Assembly (NCBI GenBank): GCA_021822565.1
Contig: JAKAQM010000001.1
Span: 9,342-73,341 of the forward strand
Direction of reading: 5' to 3'
Source: Actinomycetes bacterium
Lineage (GTDB): Bacteria; Actinomycetota; Acidimicrobiia; Acidimicrobiales; RAAP-2
Length of the DNA stretch: 64,000 bases
Shown: piece by piece, positions 63,199-64,000 of the stretch
How the letters are laid out: each line of letters starts with the position of its first letter
Position numbering within the stretch: the stretch's first letter is position 1
Translations under genes and position numbers: made by a program
Notes under the pieces: model-generated
The model's input: the letters and a program-made list of their open reading frames with translations, nothing else
The model's database searches: none
What the model was told of the DNA's origin: nothing

Positions 63199-64000
63199 GG
63201 GACCGCGCTCCAGTGGGCGATCCCGCCCGGGAGGTCCGCGGCGACCACGTGGGCGACCGCTGCGAGGTGGGCGAGCGACACGCCGAAGAACCTGCCGTGG
63301 GAGAGCTGCTCGACGATCGGACCGAGCGCCACCGCCGGGAAGAAGGTGAGCCCGCCCACGATGAGGATCACCGCGATCAAGAGCCCGACGAACATCGTGT
63401 TGTCGGTGCGGAACGTGCCCGCCGACTCCGGCACCACCTTCTTCGCCGCGAGCGTCCCCGCCAGGGCGAGGGTCGGCACGATGACGGCGAAGCGCCCCAT
63501 GAGCATGGCGATCCCGCCGGTCACGTTGTAGAACGCGTGGTTGCCTGTCAGACCGGCGAACGCCGAGCCGTTGTTGTTGGTCTGGGAGGTGAAGGCGTAG
63601 AGGATCTCGGTGAAGCCGTGCGGTCCGGCATTGAGGGGGCCCGCCCGCCCCGCGTGGATGGACACGGCGATCCCGGTGAGCACGAGGACGGTGATCGGCA
63701 TGACGAGGATGCCGAGGCCCGCGAGCTTCACCTCCCTCGCCTGGATCTTCTTTCCGAGGTACTCGGGCGTTCGCCCGATCATCAGGCCGCCGATGAAGAC
63801 CGCCAAGATCGCGAAGAGCAGGATCGTGTACAGGCCGCTCCCCACTCCACCCGGGCTGACCTCACCGAGCATCATGCCGGTCAAGAGCCCGAACCCGCCC
63901 ATCGGGTTGTAGGAGTCGTTCGATCCGTCGACCGAACCGGTGGAGGTCTGGGTCGAGGCGACGTCGTAGAGGGCGGACTGGGTGTCGCCGAAGCGCACCT
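63195..64000 (-). CDS. kdpA: potassium-transporting ATPase subunit A, 5' part outside the window
   Basis: The C-terminal KdpA sequence ([33 protein letters not shown]) continues to the window edge. ATGA overlap with kdpB at 63195-63198. Confidence 0.9.

Overview
Very GC-rich, gene-dense chromosomal segment; third codon positions are almost all G/C. Gene content (Ada-AlkA fusion, OB-fold/K+ linkage, many GTG/TTG starts, 4-nt start/stop overlaps) suggests Actinomycetota, but that is inference only. I call about 56 protein-coding genes and one nonsense-interrupted pseudogene. I see no rRNA, tRNA, CRISPR array, transposase or integrase. Layout: (1) 1-1817 alkylation repair (ada/alkA fusion, ogt). 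(2) 2021-4401 a four-gene module of two vicinal-cysteine membrane proteins (one MerF-like) plus two anchored thioredoxin-fold proteins. (3) 4588-11800 small regulators and housekeeping genes: MarR plus a broken FUSC gene, YceI, VOC, MerR-family gene coupled to prfC, YqhA, degenerate GGDEF. (4) 11977-17060 ilvA, MFS, cupin, a long acidic DksA/TraR zinc-finger protein, MBL hydrolase. (5) 17128-41093 a large catabolic island: a tightly coupled M20/DmpA peptidase-ALDH-SDR-HAD operon, GntR, two family-5 ABC importers (only one with ATPases), a second ALDH, amidohydrolase, amidase, and two inverted paralogous FAD oxidases. (6) 39621-44949 an AMP-forming acyl-CoA synthetase, an HhH+Pat-like GNAT fusion, a free-standing ACP and an FAD oxidase in one apparent operon. 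(7) 45261-52888 archease, SAM methyltransferase, LysR, and a divergent molybdopterin oxidoreductase operon with a fused FeS-NrfD subunit, a signal-less catalytic subunit and a TorD-like chaperone. (8) 53007-57898 MFS plus a GT2/deacetylase/beta-helix exopolysaccharide module. (9) 58119-64000 yeiH-LysR and kdpABC with an OB-fold gene coupled to kdpC. The best candidates for undescribed biology are the acs/HhH-GNAT/ACP/FAD operon, the MerF-like/thioredoxin module, and the atypical Mo-oxidoreductase operon. All functional calls come from motif recognition by eye; no database search was run.
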